From assembly GCF_009914755.1 (NCBI RefSeq), contig NC_060938.1: DNA of 64,000 nt; one strand, written 5' to 3'. The DNA comes from the human T2T-CHM13v2.0 reference genome, Homo sapiens. A program made the position numbers and the translations under genes. This document shows positions 19,040 to 39,021 of this stretch, one piece after another (within the stretch, counting starts at the first letter, position 1; each line of letters opens with the position of its first letter). Under the pieces are notes generated by a model, which saw only the letters and a program-made list of their open reading frames with translations, was not told the DNA's origin and did no database searches.

Positions 19040-19780
19040 TATGAAGACCAATTAGCCATAATTCCTCTTTCAAAAGCTGACAGTCTGGAAAAGGGAGATT
19101 GTCATATAAACAAGACATAAGAAGAGAGGGTCAAGGAACATTTCATAGAGATATGGACATTCAACTTCATTTTAAAGGATAAGTAAGAGTCTCCTAGTAG
19201 CATGAACAGAACATTCCGTCAGAACAGAAGGATTCAGAGATTTGACAGAACAGGGTGCCTTGAGGGAAATGTAAGTAGTTCAGTCTGACTGGAGCACAGG
19301 GTTTGTAACATAAAGTGACAAGAAACTAGTTAGGATCAAATCATGAAGAATCTTATTTATCATATTAAGTATTTTGAGTAATACTCCTTTCCCCCTTTTT
19401 GTTCCTGTGTGTCTTAAATCAAGGTTGAAAACCACTGCTATCTCAGTAACTAGGCTCTGAACCATACACTCTTAGTAATAGGTAGCTATGGAAGACGTTT
19501 AAATAATTGAGATATTCAGATTTATATTTTAGAAAAAATACTTCTGAAGGCAGCAGTATGGATCATGTATTTGAGAAGCCTGAAGTAAAATAAAGTGCCA
19601 AAATAAGAGAGTTGTAAGCAGTGAGGATGGAGTTGAGGGAATGGATTTGAGACTGAAGGGATAGAATTGAAAGGACTTGGCCACTGACTTCAGGTGCAGG
19701 GTAAGGAATGAGTCTAGGAAAATTCCAAGGTTTTTGGCTTGAGTGTCTGGATGGCTCTGTGATGACTTTCATAGGGTTCA
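19040..19780 (+). mobile_element. Degraded L2
   Basis: L2-type motifs such as GTCTAGGAAAATTCCAAGGTTTTTGGCTTGAG. Boundaries rough. Confidence 0.55.
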
Positions 19781-21489
19781 GGCTTCCTTCAGAGTTTTGC
19801 ACAGCCTATAGAATATGCCACTTAGACACAAGTCTTTGTGTGAGAGCTGCAGCAGGGATCTGAATGATTAAGGCAGCTGCTCAGGCTTGCTTTCTCACTA
19901 CTCACTTTTGTTGCCTGTGTCAGGGAAAGGCCAGGGAGAGAAATAATTGGGGACAGGGACTGCATTTATTCTGCTGCCAGAGAGTATGTGCAGCTGCCGC
20001 TTCCTTCTGATTCACCACTACCACTTGCCACAGCAGCTGGGCTGGACCAAAATAGGTAGACTGTAAAAGATTCTGTGATAACAAAGCCCATTGCAGCACT
20101 GGGTGTAACTTGAAATGTTTTTTATTCATATTTCTCTAACTTTTTTCTTATTTCAAAAATATGTCTGTAGATACATATCGTAGACCTGAATTGTATATTT
20201 AATATGTAAGACCCTTAATATTTTTGATTTAGTCAGTGTGGGAGAATAGTACTACTTACTTTAATGCATATATATATATGTGTGTATATATATGGTGTGT
20301 GTGTATATATCTATAACCTTTGACACTCTGAAAAGAGCTGCTTAATTGTCAAGGTAGAAGATTTTAAAAACATCCTCAAAGTTTTTTTTTAAAAAAACAA
20401 TGGTGAATTAGTTATATACTCCCTTAGATACTGAGCCTACTTTTTAAATTTTTTAATTCAGTCATTTTGAGAATTAAGTGTGTTATTTGTCCATTGAATT
20501 AAGTTTGTGTGTAAATATTTGCCATTTCTAGAATATTCATACTTCTTACTCTTACTAATTTTTTCTGATAAAAACTTCATATTATAAGGATGTTAGTTTT
20601 AATCAATTTTATATTATCAAGTTTTCTAGTATATGTCTTTAATTTTTGCTTGTACAAACCTATATATTAGGTTACATTAGAGTTCTGTTATCTTTTTTCT
20701 TATGTAAGTTTAGTCTAAAATAAGACTGACATACTAGTTTTTAATTCGCTCATATTTCTTAAATTTTTGTTTCATTTGTAGTATAAAATCACTTTTTTAG
20801 AGAATAATATTTAGTTTTTCTTCTATCCTTGTAAAACTACAGCAGCCTTAAATTATGCTATAGGTGTTCATTGTTGGTTCATCATAAAATAATTAACACT
20901 TGCATTCCAGAACTGTAATTCCACTTAGTACAGCATTTCATTTCATTTTTTTAAAAGAGGTTTCCATTTTTAGAAAATTTGGAGGTTTTTTCCCTCCTTT
21001 AAAGACATGGTTAAATAATGATTAATATAGTTCAAGAAACTATCTTACGTGGAGTGTGCAGGTATTTCAGCTCTGTTTTTTTCTTTTCTTTATTCTTTAA
21101 ATGTTAGATAGATTTTAGTTTACCACTTTAGAAAACTATTTTTAACTGTTTTTATATATTTATATATCTCATACTGAATGCCAGGTAAGAATTTTATTCT
21201 GCACTACTGACATTAATTCCCAATAGTTAAACATAATAGATGACCATACAGTTGTTATCTATTTCTTATCCTGTGCTCTAGGATTTATCATTTTTAAAGC
21301 TATGTGTTAGAGATCATACTTATTTCTGAATAGCTAAATATCAGTGTTTTTGCATCATAATTTGGTGTATACTGTGTTACATTTTCAGAAAATTTGATTT
21401 GATAAATATAACCATAATCTTAAAAACAAAACTTTGAAGATATATGAATCACTTTGTAAATAATAATAATATGCAGTACAGTGTAGGAG

Positions 21490-21700
21490 TTGAGAGAATT
21501 TTTGGAATTATATTGCCTGAGTTCAAATCTTGGCTGTTTTGCTTGGTTTATAACCCTAGGCAGGTAACCTACCTAACATTCTGTGTCTTTGTTTCCTCCT
21601 TTATGAAATGGAGATATCTAATGGGGTTGTTTTGAGTACTAAATGAGGTAATATATGGAAGAGCCTAGAATACTGACTGGTAGAATATTGAAGTATAATA
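21490..21700 (+). mobile_element. MIR
   Basis: CCTGAGTTCAAATCTTGGCT...GTTTCCTCCTTTATGAAATGGAGAT core. Confidence 0.7.
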
Positions 21701-22427
21701 TAGAAAGTCCGGTCCCTTAGAATCTATTTGTATTATACTGATTTTAGGTCTATTGAGATTTTCTACCTTTCCTTTCTCTCCTTTTTTTCTTCTTCTAATT
21801 TGATCAATTAGGCATATCGACACAATGATAAATTGTTGTATTGCCGTTCTTCCGTATAATTTTGGCATTTAGTTCAGTGTAGCATTTATTTCCTAATTAT
21901 TGAAATAAAAATTCAGTTTATCTTTAAGGAAGACTACTTGGTTTTCTGATGTTTTGAAGCAAACAAAGTAGCGGGTAAGATGTTTTGTCCCAGTGATTTT
22001 ATTTGTGCTCTTAACACCAAGGGAAAGTCACAGGTTAAATTCTTAAAAAGAATTTAAGGAAAAATGTAAAGAAAATAAGGGAGTACATGATTGACAAATT
22101 ATCCCATTTATTTATTTAATAAGAATTTTAGTTTTTAAGAAAATGAGATGTCCTTCCTTTGTTATTTAAGTAAAAAGCATAATCACATCTAAAACATGGA
22201 TCTAGACAATCCCATAGCTATTGACAGTCTGAAGTCCTACCCATAATTGTTTGTTTTCCTTGTTTATCTCCCTGCTCTAATTCCGTACTATGGTATTCCT
22301 TTGAGAGGCTCTGTCCCACCCTTTGTTACCTTGTATATAGAATTTTTTCACTTAAATGAATTCCCCAGAAAATCTACGCACATTGTCTGGAAGATTTAAG
22401 GGTTACCAGGAGGGATCATATTACCTA

Positions 22428-22905
22428 TGTTAACCTAAAAAAAGACACTAGAGAAAATTATCTCTAAATATGTTTAGTTTTCTTGGGAATGAGAAATAAG
22501 GATTATAAAGTGGAATGGATGAAAGGGCAAGCTACAAGTGCATTCAGTGAGGGAAGAGTAAAGGGAAGCTTTTATTAGCCAAAAGGTAGAGATGTACATA
22601 AGCTGCTTAGAAAGAGAGTTTATTGGTTTCAGAAGTTCAAAGTCCAAGTTGTTGACAATTCATTCGTAGAGATGCTGTTACTGGGCAAGTGTTCTTCCAA
22701 GAGCAACTTATCTGAGTTACTGCCGTCCTAAAGAATATACAGTGATAAACCTTGTCAAAGGCAGGAGATGCATATTTCTTACAGGGATTTTAGGACATCA
22801 CTGGAAACAGACATGTAAGCATGAGCCTCCTTTCCTTGGTGCCTTCCTGGCCCTATTTTGTCTGGGTCTGAAAATTGATTTCATCCTGGTATCTGCACCT
22901 TTACA
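22428..22905 (-). mobile_element. Old ERV1-type solo LTR, family unassigned
   Basis: TG...CA termini with CCTA/CCCA flanks. The minus strand begins TGTAAAGGTGCAGATACCAGGATGAAATC. Confidence 0.55.
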
Positions 22906-22926
22906 CCCAACTGTAAACTATGACCA

Positions 22927-23271
22927 TGATATGGTTTGGCTGTGTCCGCACCCAAATCTTATCTCGAATTTCCATGTGTCGTGGGAGGGACCCAGTAGGA
23001 GGTAATTGAATCAAGGGGGCGGGTCTTTTCCATGCTGTTCTCCTGAGAGTGAATAAGTCTCACGAGATCTGATGGTTTTAAAAAAGGGAGTTTTCCTGCA
23101 CAAGCTGTCTTCTCTTGTCTGCCGCCATGTGAGACATGTCTTTCACCTCCTACCATGATTGTGAGGCCTCCCCAGCCATGTAGAACTATAAGTGCAATTA
23201 AACTTCTTTCTTTTCTAAATTGCCCAGTCTTGGGTGTGTCTTTATCAGCAGCAAGAAAATGGACTAATACA
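22927..23271 (+). mobile_element. THE1 (ERVL-MaLR) solo LTR
   Basis: TGATATGGTTTGGCTGTGTCC...GGACTAATACA with a perfect 5-bp TSD GACCA. Confidence 0.93.
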
Positions 23272-24372
23272 GACCATATGTCACATTGCTCATTTCATCT
23301 CTTCTGTCTTTTTCCTTCCTCTCTTTCTGGAACATAAAGAAATTACTTCCCTTGCCTGTGGAAGGCAATTTCTCCCACATTTAAATGCTCTTGGGAGGGG
23401 CAGAATGCCTCACTTTCCCTAGTTTATCAAGGGTTTCCTTCTAAACAAAGTGTGTAAACAAATATAGAGGTGCTTTCCCTAAATTAAGGAATTCTAGTGA
23501 AGTAGATTTTCTGTACCTTAGTACCTTTGTATTTGTGGTTGTTTATTATTCATTTTCCATTTAACATTTCACAAGTAGCCTAACTTCTTTAATTTTAGAG
23601 AGGCTTTAAATGAAGAATTTTAAATGAACCTAAGAGATTATCTAGGTAAATGTGTTTTCCTTTTCCCTAAGTTTTTGTTGATGCTGTCAGTTAGTTTCAC
23701 TATATGTAGTCAAAAAACTCTTGAAGAGGACCATTTGTGTTACGTAGATAGGGGCCATATTTCAGGCAATTGTCACCTTCCCCACCTCTCTCCCCCTCTC
23801 TTTTTTTTCTTTCTTCCTCCCTCCCTCATCTACCTACCTAGCCCCCATCCCTCCCTCCCTCCCTCCTTCCTTTCTTCTTTCTCTCTTTCTTAGCATTATA
23901 GTTGATATTGAAATACTTTATATAAAGTGCAAGAATGTACTTAGATGTGACATTGATAAAAAGTTGCATTTTGATTCTTACTGTTGCTTATTCATTTTCC
24001 ATTAGTTGAAGGAACTAGAAATTACTTCCAGATGTGTTGCTTTATTCCTTGTCTTCAAGAAGTAGTATCTTCTCTTATTTTTAGTATTTTAAATTCATTT
24101 AACAAATACTGTGAGTGTGTTATGGGCACACAATGTGTTTGGACATTGTGAAAAATTCAAAAATATATTATGGCTTCTGCTCACAGAATGACAAGTGATG
24201 GAGAAATGCCAGGAATAAGAGTATGATGCAGGGTAGGAGGAGAAATCAGAAAGCAATAGATTCTATATACATAGATTTGGGCCCTCACAGATGCTGCTTT
24301 TTTCAAACATATAGTTGAAGATGCAGTATTGGATTTGAAATTCCCTGTAGATAAGGACATTGAACATCAAGC

Positions 24373-29247
<4,875 letters not shown>

Positions 29248-29948
29248 GTCTGTCTCAAAGCTTTCTTACTTATTTATCTGAATTCAATGGCTTAATAAAC
29301 TTATGATGAGATATCTAAAAGGATGGGTTTAAAATTCAGTTCTTCCTTATTCCTTCTCACAAATCTCTTCAACATTACAGAATCAGAAGGGTCAAAATTA
29401 GAATAGCCTGAGAAGCTCAATTTAAAAAAAAAGTTAGAGTGAGATTTGAACTTTAGTCATATATAGTTTCTATTGAAATATTTGAAACTCTAGATAATGT
29501 TAACTGTATGACGTTCCCACCTAGTGTTAATATTTGAATTATTCTTTAAAAGTTTTTGGGAAATGCCTGTGTTAAGTATTGGTAATTTAATAAAATTCCG
29601 TTTATTCTCATAGTATATAGAAGTTTTGTTATTTCTAGTTTTTATGGTTTTTAGTGATTATGTGGTATTTAAATAATAAACAATGGTGAATTTAACAGAT
29701 CAAAAATTCATTTAATTGTATTACTGTTTTGTTCCTCATCTGGAAATATTTCTCTGGCTAGTCCATTTTTCCCTTGATCTCTTAGTCCCTGTGATTCAGG
29801 AAATTGTATTAATGAATTTATGGTCAATACTACTGACTAGGATGCTTTCAATAACATAGTTTAAAATGTAGTCACACTTATAGCTAGAATGGTGAAACAA
29901 AAGTTTGTTCTCCTTAAAGATTTACCTTGTTAAGAAATAGTTTCTGAT

Positions 29949-30569
<621 letters not shown>

Positions 30570-31536
30570 AATAAATGAAAGCTGCTTCTCTATTCAAAGT
30601 TAGGGATTGTTGGTTCATATCTTCTTTTCCACACTCCACTAAAAAAATTTTAAGCTGATGAAAATACTTTTAGGGAAACATACTTTTAAATGGAATAGTT
30701 TTTTCTGATATAAATGATTACCGTTAAGTTGTCTGTCTTAAAGAGTTCAGCCAAAAAGCACATCTATCTTTATTTAACCATTTGTTGCTGCTGCTGCTTA
30801 TTCCAGTAGTGTTAGCACAGGAAAACTTGTCATTCTGGACTTCTTCCATCTTGCCCTCAAGCAGTGCCCAGAAGCAAAACCCTAACTGGGGGATAGTAAG
30901 CTTTACTTACAGTGCCAAAAATCCTATCACCATTTGCTGTCACAAGAAAGGGGCCCTTATTGTTATTTCTCTCTTAATTTTTTTTTTTTTTTTGTAAATT
31001 TGGACTCTTTTAGTCTTATTTAAAATAGTGATATTCATATAGTAATCTCGCGGTACTGACATTTGTTTTTTCCACTATCAGTGCCTAAGACAATCGTTGA
31101 CAGTTATTAAAACAGTAAGGTTTTCTTTGACTTTGTTTAAGAGCCTCTGATTTAGCGCCCTTCTTTTGCAGTGATATTTATATTAAATCGAAAATTTGTA
31201 AAAATCAGCCCATTTTTATGAATAAAAAAATAGTAGATACAAGTTTGCAATATAAGAAATGACCACTACAATGCATTTTAGAAATTAAAATTAAAGCTTC
31301 TTTAACATATGTTAAAGTAAGCAAGAAATAAGCCTCTGGTAAAGCTACTGAAATTTTGGGATTATTCATTACTACTGCAAAATCAAGTTTAACCTCACTG
31401 TCGCAGTGCTTTTGTCAGTAGAGCTAAATCATAATTCACTTAATTTACAGATGTATTTTTAATGGGCTGATAATCTCTTAGTTATCTTGTCATTTGACTT
31501 TCCACAAGTTTGTATTAATTGAATTAGAACCACATG

Positions 31537-31538
<2 letters not shown>

Positions 31539-31582
<44 letters not shown>

Positions 31583-31680
31583 TTTTTTTTTTTTTTTTTT
31601 TTTGAGACGGAGTCTTGCTCTTGTCACCCAGGCTGTAGTGCAGTGCCGCAATTTTGGCTCACTGCAACCTCCGCCTCCCA
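31539..31680 (-). repeat. (TG)n microsatellite plus a 5'-truncated Alu (31583-31680)
   Basis: (TG)~20, poly-T and an Alu 3' portion, flanked by AGAACCACATGTA / AGAACCATGTGTA. Confidence 0.88.
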
Positions 31681-32816
31681 GAGAACCATGTGTATTTGTA
31701 AATCAACAATTGTGGTTCCTCTGATGCATACTGAATAAATTATTCAGCTTTCAGATTTAACTTCTATAGATCTGAGTCACTTTCTAAATTGTTACTGGAA
31801 ACAGTAATTGTAAATTAGCTGAGTAAATGTGCCTTTGCTAATATGAACACTCCTAAAATTTCAGAGCACTTCACAGTTTCAAAGCATCATTTCATTGATT
31901 CTTAACTACAATTCTAGGAGATAAGCAAGGCAAGTATAATTATTGCTGCATTCATTTTACAGGTGGGGAAATTGAAGCAAAGTCATTTGCCCCAGGCCAT
32001 ATGGCTTATAAACAGCAGAATTAGGGTCATCTTCTGGCTAATCTTTCAACTGTTTGTTTTTGTTTTTCATATCATCTCGTTAGAGTCAATTATCTGTTCA
32101 GGCAGTGGGCAGTGAGGGAGTGGGGAGAGGTGGAAGGATTTGTTTCTCTTTTTTTTTTAATTCCTAAACATTTCCACCAGAGACATAAAATTATCCAAAA
32201 CAAATAAATGCATTATTTTGCCCTCCATGTTGCTGGTTGCTAGGGCACCCATGCCTAATTTAAAATATATACATCTTTTGAATGTAGCATTTTAAGTTTT
32301 CAAATTTATGCAAGGTATGGAGAGGAAGGGAGACTGTTAGCATGTTTTAAAACAAGGTTAACTCCATATGGAGCCCTGCCTTCTCAAGCAATGAATTTTC
32401 CAGGATTAATTATAACCGAAGCAAGATTTAGTCATGGACTAAAAGTAGCTGCATTATCATAGAATTCTTAAGTGTTATTCATATAAGTTTTGTATATAGG
32501 ATGAACAAATTATAGGTTTCTAACTAGAACTGCAATGTCATTCCAGAAACTATGCAAGGGTATTAAAATGCTTATTTTACAGTTGTTCCTGGCATTTCTA
32601 TAATTAACTAATGATTTAGTACATCTGGTGATTTGGACCAGGAATGTGAGCAAATCAGAATATATTAACTAGTAGAGGAGGTAGAATGTTTCCTATTTTG
32701 TAGTGTTAAGAAAGTAGACAGTTAACTGACTCTTACCCTGAAGAAAATGACAAAGGGTCAGCCAGGTGCCCTTCCTTATCAGAGATCGTAAGTTTCTATA
32801 GTCCTTTTGTATGGAA

Positions 32817-33239
32817 GTGATAGTATTTGGAAATGGGGCCTTTGTGAGGCATTCAGGCTTATATGAATTCATGAGGGTGGAGCCTTCCTGACTCTATTAA
32901 TGCCCTTATAAGAACAGCTACCAGAGAACAAACTTGCTGTCTCTCTGCCACGTGAGGACACAGATAGAAGGCCAGGAAGAGAGCCCTCGCCAGCAACCAA
33001 ATCAGCCAGGACTTCCTAGACTCCAGAATTATGAGAAATAGACTTCTATCGTTTAAGCCACTGAGTGTGTGGTATTTTGTTATAGCAGTTGAAGTAGACA
33101 AATAGACTATTACCATATAGCTTTAGAATCAAACATTTAATGTTAAATCCTACCCCCATAGTACTGGTCTCAGGAAAGGTATGTGGCCTGTTCAGGGTTG
33201 TTATAAATTATCAGGAACAATATACAAGAAGTGCCTAAA
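32817..33239 (+). repeat. Left arm of a 423-bp inverted duplication (MLT1-like LTR part plus MIR flank)
   Basis: Reverse complement of 35209-35631; 16 substitutions and no indels by manual alignment. Confidence 0.96.
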
Positions 33240-35208
33240 TTATAAAATTTTATAAACTTATAAAACTTCAAATTGTCAAGATTTTGGTAAGCGAGGCACT
33301 TTAATTTCACTTTCTAGAACTCATAATTTTCTAGGAGAAATTATCTCTGGTTTTAATTTTTATTCCATTTTATTGTCTGAATTATTCATAGATGTACAAA
33401 TAATGAGAGGACTCAAAGAGTTTTCATGCAAACATAGCTCTTAAAAAGTGTTAACTCTTTGCTCCAAGGAAATAAATATTTAGAAAACTCTTACTGTAAA
33501 TATGATTATAGCAGTTTCCCAAAGCTAATAAAATATTTCATCAGCTAATGAAAAATTCAGTCAGTGCAATTAAGCAGCTAATGTGAAGACCTGAATCAGA
33601 GTTTCAAAGCTACTAAGAACCACTTACCATCATCATGTAGGCTCAAGTGCTTTTCACTCAAAGCTTAGTAGTATACTTTCTTGTTCAAGGTATACTTCAG
33701 GGGTTAAGAATATTTCCAAACCTATAGCTTCCTATTGTGTCCCAAAATGTTTTTTTGAGACACAGGCAGCACTTTCAGTTTTTTTTCTAAATCCATCTTT
33801 TGAGTCTATAATGTGTCATGATAATCTTTTTATTATGTAAGAGGGGAGTCAGGTAATTTTATCTCTATCCAGAGCCCTTTGCCAGAAAAAAAAAATAGAG
33901 CATCTTTATATAAAGGAATTCTAACTATCTATTTTCTTTGTTTTTCTTTGGAATAAATTTGAATACCAAATAGATTCCTTATAGGAATCACTTTACAATA
34001 TGGGCCCAGTCTCAAAGTTGAATAAATCTTTGGTCATTTTTCTCTGTTACATGAGAGAAGGGCTTAGGCCACTGGGGGCACTTTCTAAAATTCCTTTATA
34101 ATCACATCTTTTCTTCCTTATGAACACATTAGTATTTTTACTGTTTTAATTATATTAAATACATTAGTATTTTAGTGTTTTCGTTATATTGTGACAATAT
34201 ATAACATTTGAATACAAATAATAATTAGAAATTTTAAAACATGTATGAATTATTGTTAAATTAGTTCTGCCGAGAGAAGCTGGAGAAGATCCCATAAACA
34301 ACAGATTGGTGCCATTCAGGTATCATTTTGCACACAGATACGGTGGCTTCTTCTCTCACATCCCACAGTGGCTTTCCCACATCATCAGTTTCCTAAATCT
34401 CCCACTCCACTTTCCCCTCTTTATACTCAGCAACTAACTTTTCAACATGCTACACAGAGAAAACGTATGTATGAATACATTCTCTCCAAAGCCACACTCT
34501 AACTATAAACTCGTCCATACTTGTACACATTGCTAACTCCTTCTGTCCATTCTTATTGGCAGAAAGGCCTGTCCTGCTTTTGAGGCCAGTCCCACCACCT
34601 GTGTTCCATGGCCTACTTTTGATTCAACTCAGGGATATTAGACCATCAAATTGGTCTCCCTCCCTCTTTCAGATTGAGATCATCTTCTCTGTGTTGAAAT
34701 GTTTCCTTTACCACATGAACATACTCAAATTTCCATCTTAAAACCACATAGTCGCTTCATCAACCCTGAATCTTCCTCTGACTACTGCTCTTTCTTCCAT
34801 ATTCAATGAAAAACCTTTGAAAAAAGTCTTATACTTGCTCTCTCTACTTCCTTATTTCTGATTCATCCACCAAACCTAGTGGAATTTGGCTTTTACTTAG
34901 AATCTGATTTTGCTGATTCACAATCGACTTGCTAATTACAAAATTTGGTGGGTAACTTGCGGTCCTTTTCTTATTTTACCCTTCTATCGAACCATTCTCT
35001 TATTCTTCAAACTGTATCTTTCATTTGCTTTATGACACTACTTCCTTTTTGTTTTTGTTTTTGTTTTTTTTTTCTTCCTCTGATTTCTTCTGAATCCTTT
35101 TGGCCAGTTCTTCTTCCTCTGCTAAAGTTATTGTGTGAAGTCATTCCTTGACCTTTTGTTCTCATTCACTATCACTAATTGAGTACCTGTGTGTATGGTA
35201 GGCTCTTT

Positions 35209-35631
35209 TTTAGGCACTTCTTGTATATCGTTCCTGATAATTTATAACAACCCTGAACAGGCCACATACCTTTCCTGAGACCAGTACTATGGGGGTAGGA
35301 TTTAACATCAAATGTTTGATTCTAAAGCTATATGGTAATAGTCTATTTGTCTACTTCAACTGCTATAACCAAATACCACACACTCAGTGGCTTAAACAAT
35401 AGAAGTCTATTTCTCATAATTCTGGAGGCTGGGAAGTCCTGGCTGATTTGATTGCTGGCGAGGGCTCTCTTCCTGGCCTTCTATCTGTGTCCTCATGTGG
35501 CAGAGAGACAGCAAGTTTGTTCTCTGGTATCTGTTCTTGTAAGGGCATTAATATAGTCATGAAGGCTCCACCCTCGTGAATTCATGTAAACCTGAATGCC
35601 TCACAAAGACCCCATTTCCAAATACTATCAC
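35209..35631 (-). repeat. Right (donor) arm of the inverted duplication
   Basis: Here the MaLR LTR continues to its natural end (~35696, ...CAGTACATAGCA) and the MIR continues leftward. Confidence 0.95.
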
Positions 35632-35930
35632 ATTGAGAGTAGGGGCTTCAACAGAAGAATTTTAAGGGTAGAGGTAACACAATTCAGTACATAGCAAATC
35701 GTTTTCAGACTTTTTAAAGGAACACAGCTGTTTTTTTAAAAACAATATCTTCCTAGGACCCCAACATATAAAATAGTCAAAAGCAGAACTACTCCATTAC
35801 AGTGGGAATGACAGGTCCAGAGCCCTGATAATTTGGACCTCCCTCCCAATTCTAACCCCATAGTGCTCCAAAGGTATTTGCTCAGAACCCAAGGGCTCTG
35901 AGAAAACAGTTTAAAAGGTACAATAATTTA

Positions 35931-36223
<293 letters not shown>

Positions 36224-36679
36224 ATTATGTAAAATTGCAAGCCTAGATTTATTTTTTAGTTAGTTTGAAAATCAGATTTCCAAATGGATCCTGGACACTT
36301 CTGTCATTCTACCTGTGTCTGACCAGTACTTCACTCAGTTCTTTATGCTCCAAATGGAACTTACCTTCATTGTTAACTTCTAACTATTGTTTTAGTGAAA
36401 CTTCCTACCTCAGCAAATCTTCCAGGCTCCAGACCTGCGATGACAGGTGGAAAGATTTCTTCTTGCTGCTATGTCATATAATTGGACAGTTAAGGCCTGT
36501 AGAGCTGTAGCCCCATAGAGGCCCTCATAATCTTTTCTCTTTGCTTCCTTTTTTACCCTCTCTTTCTCCAATCTATCTTTTCTACAAAGGTAAATTTCTA
36601 AAATTCAAGCCCAATCGCATTATTCACCTGCTGACATTTTTCTTGAGCCCCCATTGTCTGTTTTAAAAGATACTGAAGG

Positions 36680-36968
36680 GGCTGAGCATGGTGACTCACG
36701 CCTGTAATCTCAGCGCTTACCAAGGCCAAGGCGGGAGAATTTCTTGAGGCCAGGAGTTCGAGAACACCCCGGGCAACTAAGTGAGACCCTGTCTCTACAA
36801 AAAATTTAAAAATTAGCTGGGCATGGTGGTGCATGCCTGTAGTCCCAGCTCCTCAGGAGACTGAGATGGGACAATCACTTGAGCCCAAGGAGTTCAAGGC
36901 TATGATTGTGGCACTGCACACCAGCCTGAGTGACAGAGCAAGACCCTGTCTCTAAACAAACAAAAAAA
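36680..36968 (+). mobile_element. AluJ within L2 remnants
   Basis: Alu dimer with imperfect TSD AAAAGATACTGAAGG / AAAAGATATTCGAGG. Confidence 0.9.
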
Positions 36969-37372
36969 GATATTCGAGGCATACAGAACCCTCAGGATTT
37001 GACACTGAGAATACATCATATTCTCTCAGGCCTCAAGTCATTGTAGAGTTTTTTCATTTCTAGAAAACCCTCTTTGCTTCTTTACCTACCTGGCAAATTA
37101 TCATTTTCCTTTCATGTATCAACTTACTCATTATGTTTTCTGTACTCGCCTGACTTCTCCGGGTGACCAGTTCTCTTATCATTAAAAATGGTTTATTTTT
37201 ATGTTTTTCTTCCTATTAGACTTATATCTCCTAGAAAACAGGGACTGTTTGTCTTCTCATCTAGCACTTAACATAGTAGTTGGTACATAGTAAGTGTTCA
37301 AGATATGTTAATTGAATAGTTGAATTCTTTTCAAGAAAATTAATTTTTTAGCATATCTAGGTATCAGCCATT

Positions 37373-37490
37373 TTATCTGTTAAAGAAACAGCAAGATAAG
37401 ATGATTTCAAAATTTCCTTCCAGTTTTAGGATTATCTGTTAAAGAAACAGCAAGATAAGATGATTTCAAAATTTCCTTCCAGTTTTAGGA
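37373..37490. repeat. Perfect 59-bp tandem duplication
   Basis: 37373-37431 is identical to 37432-37490. Confidence 0.97.
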
Positions 37491-39021
37491 TTCTGTGTTA
37501 CTTCTCTTACTATAATCTCCTTACCCATGATTCTTCTCACTTATTTTACAAAGCATTTAAAATTTATTTTTAATAATCACATGTAGAATTAATTTTAAGT
37601 ATATCTTTAAAGAAGGATGGACTTTTATCCTCTTGATATTTATTTTATATTTTTTTGAAAATTATTTTTGTTCCATAAAAAATTAGTTTTTGCAAATGAG
37701 TCCAATTAGGAACAAAATATATCAAGAATAAACTTTGGATTTTTTCCTCTTCTTTACTTCCTGTTGACTAATTGTAGCGGGTTCTCTCCAAAGCATGTTC
37801 TTGGCGTAGGAAAACTGTGTGGCCTGTTTTGAACCTAAGGATGACAGGTGGAAATAATTTTTCTCTCAAAAGTAGAATTCAAGAAAACAGTAGGGCTTTT
37901 TTCTTTCTTTTAACCTTTTAAAGTGATGAAATAAGAAGTCTACATTTTTAACGATAAAGCATTTTTGTAATGTACTGAAGCAGGTTCTGTAAAATTTAAC
38001 TTTTAAAACTTATGATTTTAGAAAAAAGTCATATGTAACTCATTAGAATGTATTTTTATTTAAAATATTATACCAGCATGTGCATAGTTACAAGGCATTG
38101 CCAAAAAATGTACTCTGGAAGCAAAACAGAATACTGAAAATAATGCTACAATTTTTAAAATAAGAGGAAAATATTTTCTTTACACATGAAATTTTTGGTC
38201 CAAATGATATTTAACCAACTAACTGGCTAATCTATTAAAGCATTCTATTTCAGAAAAGCTTCATTTTTGGTACCATTGATTGCATTAGCACATTACTTCT
38301 GATAGTGGGCATAGATTATTTTTTTTTCTAAAGTGATGTTTTTTCCAAAGTGATATTGTGGTTTTACTCTTGGAAGAAAGTACAAGTTTTCTGTGGGCCT
38401 AAGTATTAAAAATGTTTTTTAAAAACTTGAAATTGTTATACATTAAACTAGAACTCTTGGAACTTTTTCAGATTTTGCTGCTATAGTCACTAGTCCTTTG
38501 ACTTAGATATTTTATGAACCAATTTTTACTGGCTGGAAAATAGAATTTTCCATAATTAAGAGAAAACATCAGTTATTTTATCCAGTTGACTTTGTCTTTG
38601 CTTGTTATTGTTTGCTTTAGAGATTTATCTAAGTTGTTGACATGATTCAGATTCTAGTGTATGAAATAAAGCTTTTGAGGGGAAGTTGCTTTGAATGGAA
38701 AAATAAATACCTTAAAAAATATTTAGCTTTGAGTGTGTCTAGTCCTGTTTGAATTTTTTGTTTTTCCTTGCACTCATAGTTGTATTCTATTGTAGTATAT
38801 ATATTTGAGTATAAAATTGGTTAACACACTAAGAGTTCAGTTTATGAGATGGGATAAATTTAAATCTCAAAGCAATTTTCAAATATACTCATTAAGAAAA
38901 TGCAAGTATTTATATTTTAAATAAAGTCATTTTCCACTATATACCCTATCACCCTTTTATTATTATAGACGTTTTCTAATTTCCAGGAAAACCTCGTCCA
39001 CCCCAGTGACTGATATATACT

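Noticed and set aside
37373-37490. Direct repeats as a CRISPR-like array
   Set aside because: Two abutting copies with no spacers, in a eukaryotic intron.
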